Shown here in pieces: positions 8,335 through 18,424 of a stretch of 64,000 bases of DNA. Positions within the stretch are counted from its first letter, which is position 1. The number at the start of each line of letters is the position of its first letter. Source of the DNA: Myxococcota bacterium (lineage in GTDB: Bacteria > Myxococcota_A > UBA9042). Where the stretch lies: contig CAXNCS010000002.1 in assembly GCA_964201005.1 (NCBI GenBank), forward strand, positions 78,773 to 142,772, read 5' to 3'. The notes under the pieces were generated by a model. The model had not been told where the DNA came from, searched no databases, and worked only from the letters and a program-made list of their open reading frames with translations. The position numbers were made by a program, and so were the translations under genes.

Positions 8335-11300
8335 ATGATCGCCTCGCTTTGGTACCACGCTCAACCGCACTGCACCCGCTGGGGCGGGCTGTTTTGCGCG
8401 GCGACGGCGCTTGCAGTCCTATTGGCGGCATGCGGACCTGGGCAAACCCCACCAGAGCCCCAACCAGGCGATGCGTACGATCCCGGCCGCTGGTACGGCG
8501 ACGCGGACATCAGCTCTGGCGCTATCCCCAACTGGGACTCGCTGAACTCGGCCGACGCCGTACCCCAAGACATCAATGGACCCGGAACCTCGGTCGCCGC
8601 GGCGATTGCCCTGCCCTGCGGCGGCGCAACCGCAAAACCGGACGGCAGTTGTTGCCCACAGTGGCAGGCCTGGGATCAATGGACCAAGGCCTGCGCCGGG
8701 TTTGCCTTGGGCGAATGCCCCGATGCGCTGACGTGCCGGCCCAAGTGGTGCGCCTCCTGGTCGCCTTCCCCCGGCTGTGACCCCGCGAGCCCAGGCCAAA
8801 ACGGCTGCACCTTGGCACCGCGCGCGTGCACAGCCCTGGAATTACAAGACTCATCCCGGTGCCAGGCGGGTGAATTCGCCGATGGCTCTGCCTGCCGGGC
8901 GGCCGGTGCGGGCGTGCTCTTGCCCGGTGGGGGCGCCGCTGCGACCGATCTGCCCGCCAGCCCATCCCCAGCCCTTGCTGCGCCTGAGCAATTGCGGGTC
9001 GCCGTGCTAGAAGACGGCAGCATGCCCGCGGAATTGGCCCTCTGCCTGGCCGGCGACTCTACCCCGGACAGCTGTGCGGGCTGCGAGGTCAGCCAAGCCC
9101 TGGACCCGAGCGGCACCTGTGCATCGCTGGAGACGTTTCTGCCTGCAGCGTGTCCACCTGGCTTCGCCGTCGATTTGGCCAACGCGCCGAGCTGTGTGGC
9201 GGACCCCGGTGACTGTGCCTCCGACGCCTTTGCCGGCGTACAGGACGGCGATCAGCACTGGTTCGTCGATCCGGCTTACCAAGGCGAGTCGACAGGCAAG
9301 CGCGATGCCCCCTTTGCGACGCTCGCCCAGGCCATCAAAATGGCGGAAGCGGGGTCGACCATCGCCTTAGCGGCTGGCACCCACGCTTTGCCCAAGGGCG
9401 AGACGCAAGTCGCCGCCGGCGTGGTGCTTGTGGGTCGCTGTGCGGCGCTGACATCGCTGCAATTGCCCAGCACCAAAGCCGATACGTCGCTTATCGTGCA
9501 AGGCCTTGTCGAAGGCGTGGCGATTTCAGGCGGCTCGATTCCCTTGGTCGTTCAGAGCGGCGGTACAGCGCGACGGGTCGCGGTCGGCCAGGGAAGTTGG
9601 GCGGCTGTGCGCTGCGGCGGTTGCACCCTGGATCAGGTGATCGTCGGCGGTCCTGGGCGAGGGATCGCCTTTGACCCAGGTGCGGCGACGCTGCATCAGG
9701 TTCGCGTTCACGGCGCGGTCAGCCGCGGCCTAGAGCTGGCCAGCGGGGTCACCTTGGTGTTTGACGATGTCGCGATCAGCGGCACCCTGCCCACGGCCAG
9801 CAGCGGTGGCTACGGCATCCTGGCCAGTGACGGCGCTCAGCTCTCGGGCCGCGGTCTGCGCATCTCGGGGAGCGCCGCCGCGGGGCTGGCCGCCTTCAAC
9901 CCAGGCACCAGCGCCATCCTCAGTTTTGCTGAAATCATCAACACTTCATCGTCCATGCCCAGCGGCGAGGGCGGCCATGGCCTGCTCAGCAGCGGCGGAG
10001 CCCTGGTCTCTCTGAGCCACGGCCGGCTCAAGGGCAACCAGGGCGTTGCCGCGCTATCCTGGGGAAAGGGCTCGCAATTGCAGCTCATCAACACGGCCGT
10101 GCTCCAGACCCTCGCGGCGCCGGACCAAGGCAGCGGCGACGGCGCTCGGGCCCAGAATGGCGGCCACCTCGGGCTGCGCGCGGTCCTTTTGCAGGGCAAC
10201 CGATCGCGAGGCGTTCTCGCCACGGGCTCCGCTTCACAGCTCGACGCCCAGCGCGTGGTCATCTTGGATACCTTGCCGCGCGCCGCCGATCTTCTGCAGG
10301 GCTTTGGCATTCTTGTGGACCAGGGTGCCACAGCCGTGGTCGATGGTGCGCGCCTCCAGGGCAACCGCAGCGCCGCAGCGCTGGTCAGCGGCAAAGGCAG
10401 CCAGCTGACGCTGCAGCACGCCGTCCTGGTCGACACCCTTGCGCGCGCCTCCGACAACGCCGCCGGTTACGGCATCGAAGTGGCCAGCGGCGGCCGTGCG
10501 ATCGTCCAGATGGTCCACGTGGCCCAAGCGCGGACGGCGGCCATGGTGGTGACGGGCCTGGGCTCGCAGGCAGAAATCGACCAGGCGTGGCTCACGGAGA
10601 CGCTGCCGCGCGCCAGCGATGCTCGTTTTGGCCGCGGCCTGGTGGTCGCCAGTTCGGCGAGCGTCTCCATCAGCGGTCTTGGGGTTTTCGCGGCCCGCGA
10701 TGTCGGTATAAGTGTCACCGAAGCCGCAGTCAGCGCTCAGGATGTGTGGATTAGCCATCCCGCGGGCACTGGCGATGGGCTGGGCCGCGGCCTGGAGGTC
10801 ACCGAGGGCGGCAGCGCCAACGTGCGCCAGCTGCGCCTGAGCGGGCACCTGAACGTGGCGCTGTCCGCCGCGGGCACTGGCACGTCCGCCGAGATCGCCA
10901 ACCTGATCATCGACACCGCGCTGCCGCTCAAGGGTGCGACCAAAGGCGCTGCGGTTCAGGTGAGCGCCCAGGCCAGGGTCGCGTTGCGCGGCTTCCGCCT
11001 GGACAATTTCAGCCTCCCCGGGCTTTTTGTAACCGACGCTGGCACCCGTCTGGATGCCATGGACGGCCAGTTGGACAGCCCTGCGTTGCCCGAGGCGCAG
11101 CGGTCCTTTGGCGCCGTCGCCGTGGGCGGAGCGACGCTGACGCTGACAGGCGCGGCCGTGCGCCATTGTCGCGGCGCCGGAATCCTGGCAGACCGCGCCA
11201 AGGTCGAGCTCAACGGCGTCGTCGTCAGCGACACCACCCCCCTGGCAAACGGCAGCGGCGGAGCAGGCTTGCACGCCCACCTGGGCCACGCCCTCCTGTG

Positions 11301-11712
11301 GGGAAGCCAGCTCACCGCCAACCGCGGCGCTGCCTTGGCCGCCTTGGGCTCGCAGGTCGAACTGCACCGCTGCGCTGCAACCGCAACCTTGCCGTTGGCC
11401 ATGGCGGGCCCCATCGACACGGCCGACGGCGTGATTCTGATCGACGGCTTGGAGTCGCGCCTCAAGGATGTGATCATCGCCGGCCACCCGCGCGCAGGCT
11501 TGGTCGTGCAGGGCGGGTCGCTCCTGGCGATCGGCCTTGGGCTCCACAGCAATGGCTTTGCGTGGTGCGTGCAGGGCTTGGCCCAGTTGGTCACCAACAC
11601 CGCGGTGCTCATGGGCAACTTGCAGAATGTCTGGACCGGCCCAGCGTTGCCGTGGAATTCTCCGCCCCTCGCGCCCGCAATGGCCGGCCCCAGCGAAGCC
11701 TGGTCGCCCTGA
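8335..11712 (+). CDS. Large lipoprotein with a Cys-rich head and right-handed parallel beta-helix repeats
   Basis: The start is ATG 8335; the ORF opens at 8287. The lipobox is VLLAAC. A ~300-aa Cys/Pro-rich head is followed by ~45-50-aa periodic G/A/V/L repeats (GKGSQLxL...TLPRAxD...GxGIxV) typical of PbH1 beta-helix proteins. Confidence 0.7.
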   Translation: MIASLWYHAQPHCTRWGGLFCAATALAVLLAACGPGQTPPEPQPGDAYDPGRWYGDADISSGAIPNWDSLNSADAVPQDINGPGTSVAAAIALPCGGATAKPDGSCCPQWQAWDQWTKACAGFALGECPDALTCRPKWCASWSPSPGCDPASPGQNGCTLAPRACTALELQDSSRCQAGEFADGSACRAAGAGVLLPGGGAAATDLPASPSPALAAPEQLRVAVLEDGSMPAELALCLAGDSTPDSCAGCEVSQALDPSGTCASLETFLPAACPPGFAVDLANAPSCVADPGDCASDAFAGVQDGDQHWFVDPAYQGESTGKRDAPFATLAQAIKMAEAGSTIALAAGTHALPKGETQVAAGVVLVGRCAALTSLQLPSTKADTSLIVQGLVEGVAISGGSIPLVVQSGGTARRVAVGQGSWAAVRCGGCTLDQVIVGGPGRGIAFDPGAATLHQVRVHGAVSRGLELASGVTLVFDDVAISGTLPTASSGGYGILASDGAQLSGRGLRISGSAAAGLAAFNPGTSAILSFAEIINTSSSMPSGEGGHGLLSSGGALVSLSHGRLKGNQGVAALSWGKGSQLQLINTAVLQTLAAPDQGSGDGARAQNGGHLGLRAVLLQGNRSRGVLATGSASQLDAQRVVILDTLPRAADLLQGFGILVDQGATAVVDGARLQGNRSAAALVSGKGSQLTLQHAVLVDTLARASDNAAGYGIEVASGGRAIVQMVHVAQARTAAMVVTGLGSQAEIDQAWLTETLPRASDARFGRGLVVASSASVSISGLGVFAARDVGISVTEAAVSAQDVWISHPAGTGDGLGRGLEVTEGGSANVRQLRLSGHLNVALSAAGTGTSAEIANLIIDTALPLKGATKGAAVQVSAQARVALRGFRLDNFSLPGLFVTDAGTRLDAMDGQLDSPALPEAQRSFGAVAVGGATLTLTGAAVRHCRGAGILADRAKVELNGVVVSDTTPLANGSGGAGLHAHLGHALLWGSQLTANRGAALAALGSQVELHRCAATATLPLAMAGPIDTADGVILIDGLESRLKDVIIAGHPRAGLVVQGGSLLAIGLGLHSNGFAWCVQGLAQLVTNTAVLMGNLQNVWTGPALPWNSPPLAPAMAGPSEAWSP

Positions 11713-11750
11713 CGCGGAACGGCCTCAAGGCCCATTCAGCCAGGCGACTC

Positions 11751-11780
11751 TTGACATAACCGCCGCTGACTCCGTACACT
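11751..11780 (+). promoter_or_regulatory. Candidate sigma-70 promoter for rpmB
   Basis: Perfect -35 TTGACA (11751-11756), an 18-nt spacer, then -10 TACACT (11775-11780). This implies a ~200-nt leader. Confidence 0.45.
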
Positions 11781-11993
11781 TGCGGCCCCGTTGCGGATGC
11801 TTCTTGCCCCGCAGCCAGAGCCGGGCCTGTGCCGGCTCGCCGAATCCAGTGACGCGGCCAGTCTACCTCTGGTCGCGAGAGTTCCCTGGCCCCTGTTGCC
11901 CTGACCCTCTTTCCCTGGCCCCTGACTTTTTGGGGTGTCCTTCGATGGACGCCTTGCGGTCAAGACCCTCAGCCGACCCTTTGGAGCGATCTC

Positions 11994-12251
11994 ATGTCCC
12001 GCATTTGCACCATCACCGGTAAGCGCCCGCTGGTCGGCAACCGGGTGAGCCACTCGAACGCCAAAACCAAGATGCGTCAGTTGCCCAACCTGCAGTACAA
12101 GCGCCTGTGGGTGCCTGAGCTGACCCAGTTCGTCCGCGTCCGTCTGTCGACCCGCGCGCTGCGCAGCATCGCCAAGCTGGGCTTCGTCAACTTCTGCCAG
12201 AAGAACGGCATCGACATCGTCGCCATCGACGCTGAGACCGTGCTCAACTAG
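11994..12251 (+). CDS. rpmB: 50S ribosomal protein L28
   Basis: MSRICTITGKRPLVGNRVSHSNAKTKMRQLPNLQ... is the canonical L28 N-terminus. A GGAG sits 7 nt upstream of the ATG. Confidence 0.95.
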   Translation: MSRICTITGKRPLVGNRVSHSNAKTKMRQLPNLQYKRLWVPELTQFVRVRLSTRALRSIAKLGFVNFCQKNGIDIVAIDAETVLN

Positions 12252-12299
12252 GCCGCAAACAACCATCGGGATGGCGGTGTTCGCGCTGCCCTCCCGCTG

Positions 12300-12339
12300 A
12301 CGGCGATCCTGCTCACGCGGGGTCGCCGTTTTGGTTTTT
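12300..12339 (+). terminator. Candidate Rho-independent terminator after rpmB
   Basis: Stem ACGGCGA (12300-12306) pairs with TCGCCGT (12323-12329) and is followed by TTTGGTTTTT. The loop is long (16 nt), so confidence is moderate. Confidence 0.5.
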
Positions 12340-12485
12340 CCCGCGCATTTGGCCGGCCGCTCGGCGTTCTGCCGCCACCCGCCGCGACAGCCCGAGCACC
12401 ACGGCAGGCGCTCCCCTCCACAGGTGGCACAGCGGCGCGGCGCAGGTTTTAGGCTGACTCGGGTGCTTAGCGTGCCGACAAACGG

Positions 12486-14414
12486 CTACATGCTGCCCGT
12501 GATGACGCCCCAGGCGATCAGCGCCACCGCCATCAGGGTCTCGCCGGCGATCAGGCCAGAGCTGACCACCACGGTAAAGCGTTCGGCCAGCTGCGGCTTG
12601 AGCTTTTCGAACAGCCAAGCCAGGCAAGCGCCAATGAACATTGAGAAACTGCTGGTGAATCCCACCGTCATCGCGATGCCCACCCCAGAGACGGACGGCA
12701 TCCACTTTCGCACTTTGGCCGGCACAAGCTTCTCCAGCACCGCAAGCGAAGCGCCGATGCCCGCGGCCCAAAGGATCGCAGAGAGCTTGTGCGACTCCAT
12801 GTTGCCAATGCCCTTAGAGAGCAGTTCCGCAACTTTAGCCCAGACCATCGCCGCTGGGGCCGGCCACTTTTCGCCGCCGAGCTCTGAGGGATCGACCAGG
12901 TAGACATAGCCCAGCGAGGCAAACACCGCGCCGACAAACACGCCCGCCACCTGCGCCAACACCTGATAGCGCGGCCGCGCGCCCACCAGGTAGCCGGCCT
13001 TCATGTCCGTCAGCAGGTCGCCCGCGTGCGAGGCAGCTCCGGCCGTCACGTTGGCGGCGAGCAAGTTCGCATTGATCTGCCCGCTCATCACGCCGCCGAA
13101 CACCAGCTGCGTCACTTTACCCATGGATCCAACGGGATTTGTATCCGTCTCGCCCAGCGAGCGCGCGGCGACAAAGGCCAGGATCAGCGACAACAGCACC
13201 GCCAAGATGCCCCACTGCACCGGAATGTCGAACCACGCGGCCTGCAGGTAGACACACGCGCTGCCCGCGACGGCCAGGCCGATAAAGAACCAGGACATCG
13301 GCACTTCAACCCCGGCCAGGCGCGGATCGGTCGTGTCGTCCTTGGCGCCGCCCAGGGTCTTTTTGAAGCCGGCGATCATCGAGGGGGCCTGCATCGCCAA
13401 GGCGACCAGCGAGTGCGTGACCATCAGCGAGACCCCGGGCCACAGCGTCCAAGCGTTGATGGTGCTGTACGGGATGTGGTCGTGACCACAGATGCCGCCG
13501 GGCTTGAGCTTGCCGCAGTCGATAAAGCCTTGGTCCAACAGCCAATCCGCCAGGAACCACCGCGAAGCGAGGCCGGCCAGGAACATCCAGAACGTGACGC
13601 GCACGCCCATCAGCGCGCCGGCGCCGATCATCACCAGCGACGGCTCAAAGGCCACCGTGCGAAGCGCCAGCGGCTTGCCAAACACCGCGAGCTTGTCTGG
13701 CAGGAGCTTGAGGCCCTCGCGGACAAACGCCAGGCTGGCGCCCAGCAGGCCACCCAGAGCCAGCGCCGTGCCCTTGACCGTGCCCTCGCCCCCCGCGGCG
13801 TGCAGACTGCTCAGGGTCTCGGCGGCGGCAATCCCAGAAGGAAAGCGCAAGCGCTCTTGATTGATAAGCTTTCTCTTGACCGGAATCGCCGCAACGATGC
13901 CCAGCAGAGAGATGGCCGTGACCCAGACGATGATCTGCGTCAGAGACAAAGAGAACTTGCTAACCATGAACAGCGCCGGAATCGCCGACACCAAGCCCGC
14001 CGACGACATGTACCCCGCGGCCGAAGCGGCGGTCTGCATGGTGTTGTTTTCCAGCAGCGTAAAGTGCTTTTCCGGCGTGGTGCCAAAGATCTTCTCGATC
14101 ACCGAAAAGAGCGTGAACGCGAGCACGGCGGCGGTAATCGCCACGCCCAGGCCCCAGCCGATTTTCAGGCCCACGTACAGGTTGGAGATCGACATCACGC
14201 CGCCCAGCACGCAGCCGGTCAGCACGGCGCGGACGGTCAATTGCCGTTGCTTATCACCTTGGTAGATGTGATCGAGCCAGTAGCGGTCGTGCTCGTGAAC
14301 GGGGGCATCGTCGGCGGGCGGCGGAGGCACCACGGCGGCGTCGATGGGCGCGCCGGCCACGGCCTGGGGCGTCAACTCATGGGGATGCGGCTGCGGATCG
14401 CGATTCTGGGGCAT
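12486..14414 (-). CDS. OPT-family oligopeptide transporter
   Basis: ORF 12486..14618 is trimmed to ATG 14414 (MPQNRDPQ...). It is a multi-TM protein with OPT-like blocks (NPVGSMGKVTQLVFGG, SSGLIAGE). Confidence 0.8.
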   Translation of the reverse strand: MPQNRDPQPHPHELTPQAVAGAPIDAAVVPPPPADDAPVHEHDRYWLDHIYQGDKQRQLTVRAVLTGCVLGGVMSISNLYVGLKIGWGLGVAITAAVLAFTLFSVIEKIFGTTPEKHFTLLENNTMQTAASAAGYMSSAGLVSAIPALFMVSKFSLSLTQIIVWVTAISLLGIVAAIPVKRKLINQERLRFPSGIAAAETLSSLHAAGGEGTVKGTALALGGLLGASLAFVREGLKLLPDKLAVFGKPLALRTVAFEPSLVMIGAGALMGVRVTFWMFLAGLASRWFLADWLLDQGFIDCGKLKPGGICGHDHIPYSTINAWTLWPGVSLMVTHSLVALAMQAPSMIAGFKKTLGGAKDDTTDPRLAGVEVPMSWFFIGLAVAGSACVYLQAAWFDIPVQWGILAVLLSLILAFVAARSLGETDTNPVGSMGKVTQLVFGGVMSGQINANLLAANVTAGAASHAGDLLTDMKAGYLVGARPRYQVLAQVAGVFVGAVFASLGYVYLVDPSELGGEKWPAPAAMVWAKVAELLSKGIGNMESHKLSAILWAAGIGASLAVLEKLVPAKVRKWMPSVSGVGIAMTVGFTSSFSMFIGACLAWLFEKLKPQLAERFTVVVSSGLIAGETLMAVALIAWGVITGSM

Positions 14415-14595
14415 GAATACCTCGGGTGAGGTGTTTGTAGCACGGCTCTGGCGAGTTCGCACCCCCATGTACGGCGGCGACGGAACTGGGCCCACCCCGT
14501 CAGATTCCAAGTGCTTGGCGGCGATAGCGTGACAGCCACGGGGGTCGGCGCTACATTGTCCAGCCTTTGCGGGCCGCGCCCCGCCCGGAAGTGCT

Positions 14596-15999
14596 ATGGC
14601 CAAAGCCAAATCCGCCAAATCCGCCGCGCACCTGGCCCTCCCTGGCGCGGAGCCCGTCGATCCGGCAGACCGCTATATCCAGTGGCTGCAGCGCGCACCG
14701 ACCCCGCACCACGCCGTCCAAGCGGTGGTGGCCCGGCTGGCGCAAGCAGGCTTTGCAGAATGGAATTACGCCGCGCGGCTGGAAGTGGTCCCGGGCCAGA
14801 GGCGCTACGTCATTCATCCCGATGGCAAAAGCGTCATCGCCGTGGTGGTGGGCGAGCGCTCGCCGATTCGCGCCGGCTATTCGCTGGTGGGCGCCCACAC
14901 GGACAGTCCCGACCTGCGGCTGCGCCTCAATCCGCTGTCGCAGGGCTCGGGCGTCACTCAGCTGACCACCCAGTTCCACGGCGGGCTGATCCGCCGCTCC
15001 TGGCTCGATCGGCCCCTGGCGCTGGCCGGCGCGGTGTACCAGACCCTGCGGGACAAAACCGGTCGGCCGCGGCTCCACGAGCTGACGGGCCTGCCCATCG
15101 TCACCCGCCGGCTGGTGCACCTGGATGAACCCATGGCGATTATTCCGGATTTGGCCATCCACCTCGACCGCGAGAAGAACGACAAAGGGGCGATCAACCC
15201 GCAGACCATGCTCAACGCCATTGTGGCGAGCGGCGACGGCGATCCGCAGACGGTGCTGGCCCAGCTCGCCCACCGCGCCGGGGTCGATTTTGCCGATCTG
15301 GACGGTTTTGACCTGCACTTTGTCAGCGCCCAGGCGCCGCAGCGGGTCGGCTTGGACCGCTCCTTGGTCACCGGCTCGCGCCACGACGATCTGGCGATGG
15401 TTTGGTGTGCCCTGGAGGGCCTGGTGGAGTCGCTGGACGTCCCCGGGGCCAACAGCGTGCGCACCCGCGTGGCGGCGTTCTTTGACGCGGAAGAGACCGG
15501 CTCGCTGACTTCCTCCGGCGCTTCCTCCAGTTTTCTGCGCGACGTGCTTCTGCGCGTGGCCCGGCAACACCCAGACAGCGACAGCCGCGACGATGCCGAG
15601 CAGGCCTTTGCCCACAGCTTCTGCATCAGCGCCGACATGGCCCACGCCGTGCACCCCAACTACGCCGATTTGCACGACAAGAACCACGCACCGCGCATCA
15701 ATCAGGGCCCCGTGCTCAAGGCGAACGCGAGCGATCGCTACGCCACCACCGGCGAGACGGGGGCGATTTTTGCCGCGCTGTGCGAAGCCGCAGAAGTGCA
15801 GATGCAGGACTACGTGGTCAAACAGGATATGGCCTGCGGTACCACGATTGGCCCCATCACTTCGGCGCAATTGGCCGCGCGGGTGGTCGATGTCGGCCTG
15901 CCCATGTGGGCCATGCATTCAACTGCGGAGACGTGCGGCGCGGCCGACCTAGCGGCGATGGTCCAGGTCATGAAGGTGTATTACGCCGGCAAGGCCTGA
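14596..15999 (+). CDS. M18-family aspartyl aminopeptidase
   Basis: Carries the LVGAHTDSPDLRL motif and the overall M18 pattern. It is divergent from the OPT transporter. Confidence 0.85.
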   Translation: MAKAKSAKSAAHLALPGAEPVDPADRYIQWLQRAPTPHHAVQAVVARLAQAGFAEWNYAARLEVVPGQRRYVIHPDGKSVIAVVVGERSPIRAGYSLVGAHTDSPDLRLRLNPLSQGSGVTQLTTQFHGGLIRRSWLDRPLALAGAVYQTLRDKTGRPRLHELTGLPIVTRRLVHLDEPMAIIPDLAIHLDREKNDKGAINPQTMLNAIVASGDGDPQTVLAQLAHRAGVDFADLDGFDLHFVSAQAPQRVGLDRSLVTGSRHDDLAMVWCALEGLVESLDVPGANSVRTRVAAFFDAEETGSLTSSGASSSFLRDVLLRVARQHPDSDSRDDAEQAFAHSFCISADMAHAVHPNYADLHDKNHAPRINQGPVLKANASDRYATTGETGAIFAALCEAAEVQMQDYVVKQDMACGTTIGPITSAQLAARVVDVGLPMWAMHSTAETCGAADLAAMVQVMKVYYAGKA

Positions 16000-16026
16000 T
16001 CTTTACTGCTTTATTCCTGGAGACTC

Positions 16027-16923
16027 ATGCTCGCTTCCATTCACTGGGACATCAATCCGATCCTGCTCGACCTCGGGCCTTTGCAGATCCGCTACTACGG
16101 CGTGCTGTTCGCCGCGACGATCTACACGGGCTTTGCGGTGTGGCGGCGCCAAGCGCTCAAGAACGGCGAATCTGTGGATTTTGCCGAACAATTTCTCTGG
16201 TGGGGCGTATTGGCTGTCGTCGGAGGCGCGCGGCTGGGCCACGTCTTCTTTTACGAATACAAGACATACCTGGCAAATCCCATAGAGATCATCAAGTTCT
16301 GGAAGGGCGGCCTGGCCTCTCACGGCGCTACCGTGGGCCTCATCCTGGCGCTCTGGCTTTTTGCCCGCAAGCACCGCAAGACCTGGGCGCGCGTGGCGGA
16401 CTACTTGGCCCCGGCCATCGCCATCGCCGCTGGTGGGGTGCGCTTGGGGAACTTCTTCAACTCGGAGATCGTCGGGCGCGTGACCGACGTGCCCTGGGGT
16501 GTCGAATTTGTCCGCTATTGCCGCATGGAGCACATGGCGGTGTGCCAGCCGCGCCATCCCAGCCAGTTTTACGAATTCCTCATGGGTTTGACGACTTATG
16601 CGCTGCTCACCTTCCTGGAAAAGAAGGACGTGCGCCGCGCCGGCTCCGGCTTTTTTGCCGGGGTGTTCATGATCGCCTACTTTGGCCAGCGGTTCTTCCT
16701 AGAGAACTTTAAGGAATTTCAGGACGAACAGCTGCGCACAGAGGGCTTTCTGGGCACGATCGAGCAGGCCCTGGGCCATGCCTTTACCACCGGCCAGTAT
16801 CTGAGCCTGCCGTTGGTGTTGTTTGGCGCGATCCTGGTGTACCGCGCTCTGCAGCAGCCCAAGGAGGCCTTCCCCATCCCCGTGCCCACGCCGGACCCCT
16901 ACAAAGCGCCGCAAAAGGCTTAA
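16027..16923 (+). CDS. lgt: Prolipoprotein diacylglyceryl transferase
   Basis: Shows the YGVLFA, GGLASHGATVG and RLGNFFNSEIVGRVTDVPWGVEF blocks characteristic of Lgt. Confidence 0.9.
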   Translation: MLASIHWDINPILLDLGPLQIRYYGVLFAATIYTGFAVWRRQALKNGESVDFAEQFLWWGVLAVVGGARLGHVFFYEYKTYLANPIEIIKFWKGGLASHGATVGLILALWLFARKHRKTWARVADYLAPAIAIAAGGVRLGNFFNSEIVGRVTDVPWGVEFVRYCRMEHMAVCQPRHPSQFYEFLMGLTTYALLTFLEKKDVRRAGSGFFAGVFMIAYFGQRFFLENFKEFQDEQLRTEGFLGTIEQALGHAFTTGQYLSLPLVLFGAILVYRALQQPKEAFPIPVPTPDPYKAPQKA

Positions 16924-16938
16924 CCGCAGAGGAATCCC

Positions 16939-17691
16939 ATGCAGTGGAAGCCCTTGGATCAGCTGGAGCGCGGGCAGCTGGCGCGGATTGAAGTGCTGCT
17001 GACCGATATCGACGGCACCATGACCCGCCGCGGCCGCATCCCCGCCGAGGTGGTGGAGTGGCTGCCGCGTCTGGCCGAGGCCGGCGTGGAGGTGCTGCCG
17101 TGCACCGGGCGTTCAGCTGGCGAATTGCTGGGTTTGGTGCGGTACTTGCCCGGCATCGAGCGCGGGATCGCAGAAAACGGCGGAATTCTGGTGGTGCCTG
17201 ATGAGCCGCTGGTGCCGCTGCGCCCCCTGGTGGATCGCGCGCAACTCAGCAAAGCAGCAAGCGAACTGGGCAAGCGCCACGCCTGGCAGCTGGCCCCGTG
17301 CTCGTTTGCCCGCCTGACCGACCAGGCCTGGGAGCGCGCCGGTCGCGGCGAAGACGAACTGCACGACCTGCGCGAAGCCGCGGAGGGCATGGGCCTGCAG
17401 CTCACCTGGTCGAGCGTGCACATTCACATGACGCTAGCGCCGCCAGACAAGGGGGCGGGCGCCCTGCAAGTGCTTGCCCAGGATGGCATTTCTCCGGTCA
17501 ATGCCGCGTCAATCGGCGATGCCCCCAATGACGAAGGCCTGTGGGTCGCGGGGCGCTTTGGCCTGCAGGTGGGCACGTCGGATGCGGAAAAGGTCTGGCC
17601 GCTGCTGCGACATAAGCCGGCGGTGCGCGTCGGTCGTTCCGCAGACGGCTGGATCGAATTGGCCCGCGCCTTGATCGACGCGCGAGGCTAG
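16939..17691 (+). CDS. HAD-IIB (Cof-type) family hydrolase
   Basis: DxDGT motif (LLTDIDGTMT), a TGRS motif II and a C-terminal GDAPND motif. Confidence 0.75.
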   Translation: MQWKPLDQLERGQLARIEVLLTDIDGTMTRRGRIPAEVVEWLPRLAEAGVEVLPCTGRSAGELLGLVRYLPGIERGIAENGGILVVPDEPLVPLRPLVDRAQLSKAASELGKRHAWQLAPCSFARLTDQAWERAGRGEDELHDLREAAEGMGLQLTWSSVHIHMTLAPPDKGAGALQVLAQDGISPVNAASIGDAPNDEGLWVAGRFGLQVGTSDAEKVWPLLRHKPAVRVGRSADGWIELARALIDARG

Positions 17692-17746
17692 CCTCAGCAG
17701 AAACCTATGGCAGCGCTGGGCAATTCTGGCGCAGAGCGAGACGACG

Positions 17747-18412
17747 ATGGCCCTGCCCTTTGGACTCAAGCTGCCCGCCCGTGCCGCCGTGGGCCTGGAA
17801 ACGGCCAAAGCCGCCGTGAGCGCCCTGGCGATGGAGTCGCTGCCCATCGTCTCGGAGAAGCTGGCCGGCGCCCAAGGCCTGTATCTAGAACTGCGCGGCT
17901 TGCCGCAAAAACCTCTGAAAGATTGGGCCAAAAACCTGGGACCTGCGGGCACTGCGCGGATGCTCAGGGCGATCAACGTGTGGCCGCCGTTTGTCGGCGC
18001 GGGCATCCGGGTGAGCGAGGTAGCGGACGATCTGTCGCGGCTGCGCGTAGAAATGGGCCTCTATCCGTGGAACCGCAACTGGGTGGGCACGCAATACGGC
18101 GGTTCGCTCTACTCGATGACCGATCCGTTTGCGATGATCATGCTGATGACGCGCCTGGGGCCGGGCTATGTGGTGTGGGACAAAGCCGCGTCGATCCAGT
18201 ACCGCAAACCGGGCAAAGGCGCCGTCTCCGCAGAGATCGAGCTGAGCGAATACCAGGTTGAAGCGATCCGCCGCGAGGCCGATGAGCTGGGCAAAAGCGA
18301 GCCGACCTTTGACATCGCGATCTTGGGCCAGGACGGCGAAGTGGTGGCGCTGGTGCATCGGCGCTTGTCGGTGCGGCGCAAGGGCCATCCGGCGGCCAAG
18401 AAGCGCCGGTGA
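17747..18412 (+). CDS. Hotdog-fold thioesterase-like protein (DUF4442/YiiD_C-like)
   Basis: The PWNRNWVGTQYGGSLYSMTDPF block resembles DUF4442 proteins. The family call is from memory only. Confidence 0.5.
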   Translation: MALPFGLKLPARAAVGLETAKAAVSALAMESLPIVSEKLAGAQGLYLELRGLPQKPLKDWAKNLGPAGTARMLRAINVWPPFVGAGIRVSEVADDLSRLRVEMGLYPWNRNWVGTQYGGSLYSMTDPFAMIMLMTRLGPGYVVWDKAASIQYRKPGKGAVSAEIELSEYQVEAIRREADELGKSEPTFDIAILGQDGEVVALVHRRLSVRRKGHPAAKKRR

Positions 18413-18424
18413 CTCACACCTAGC

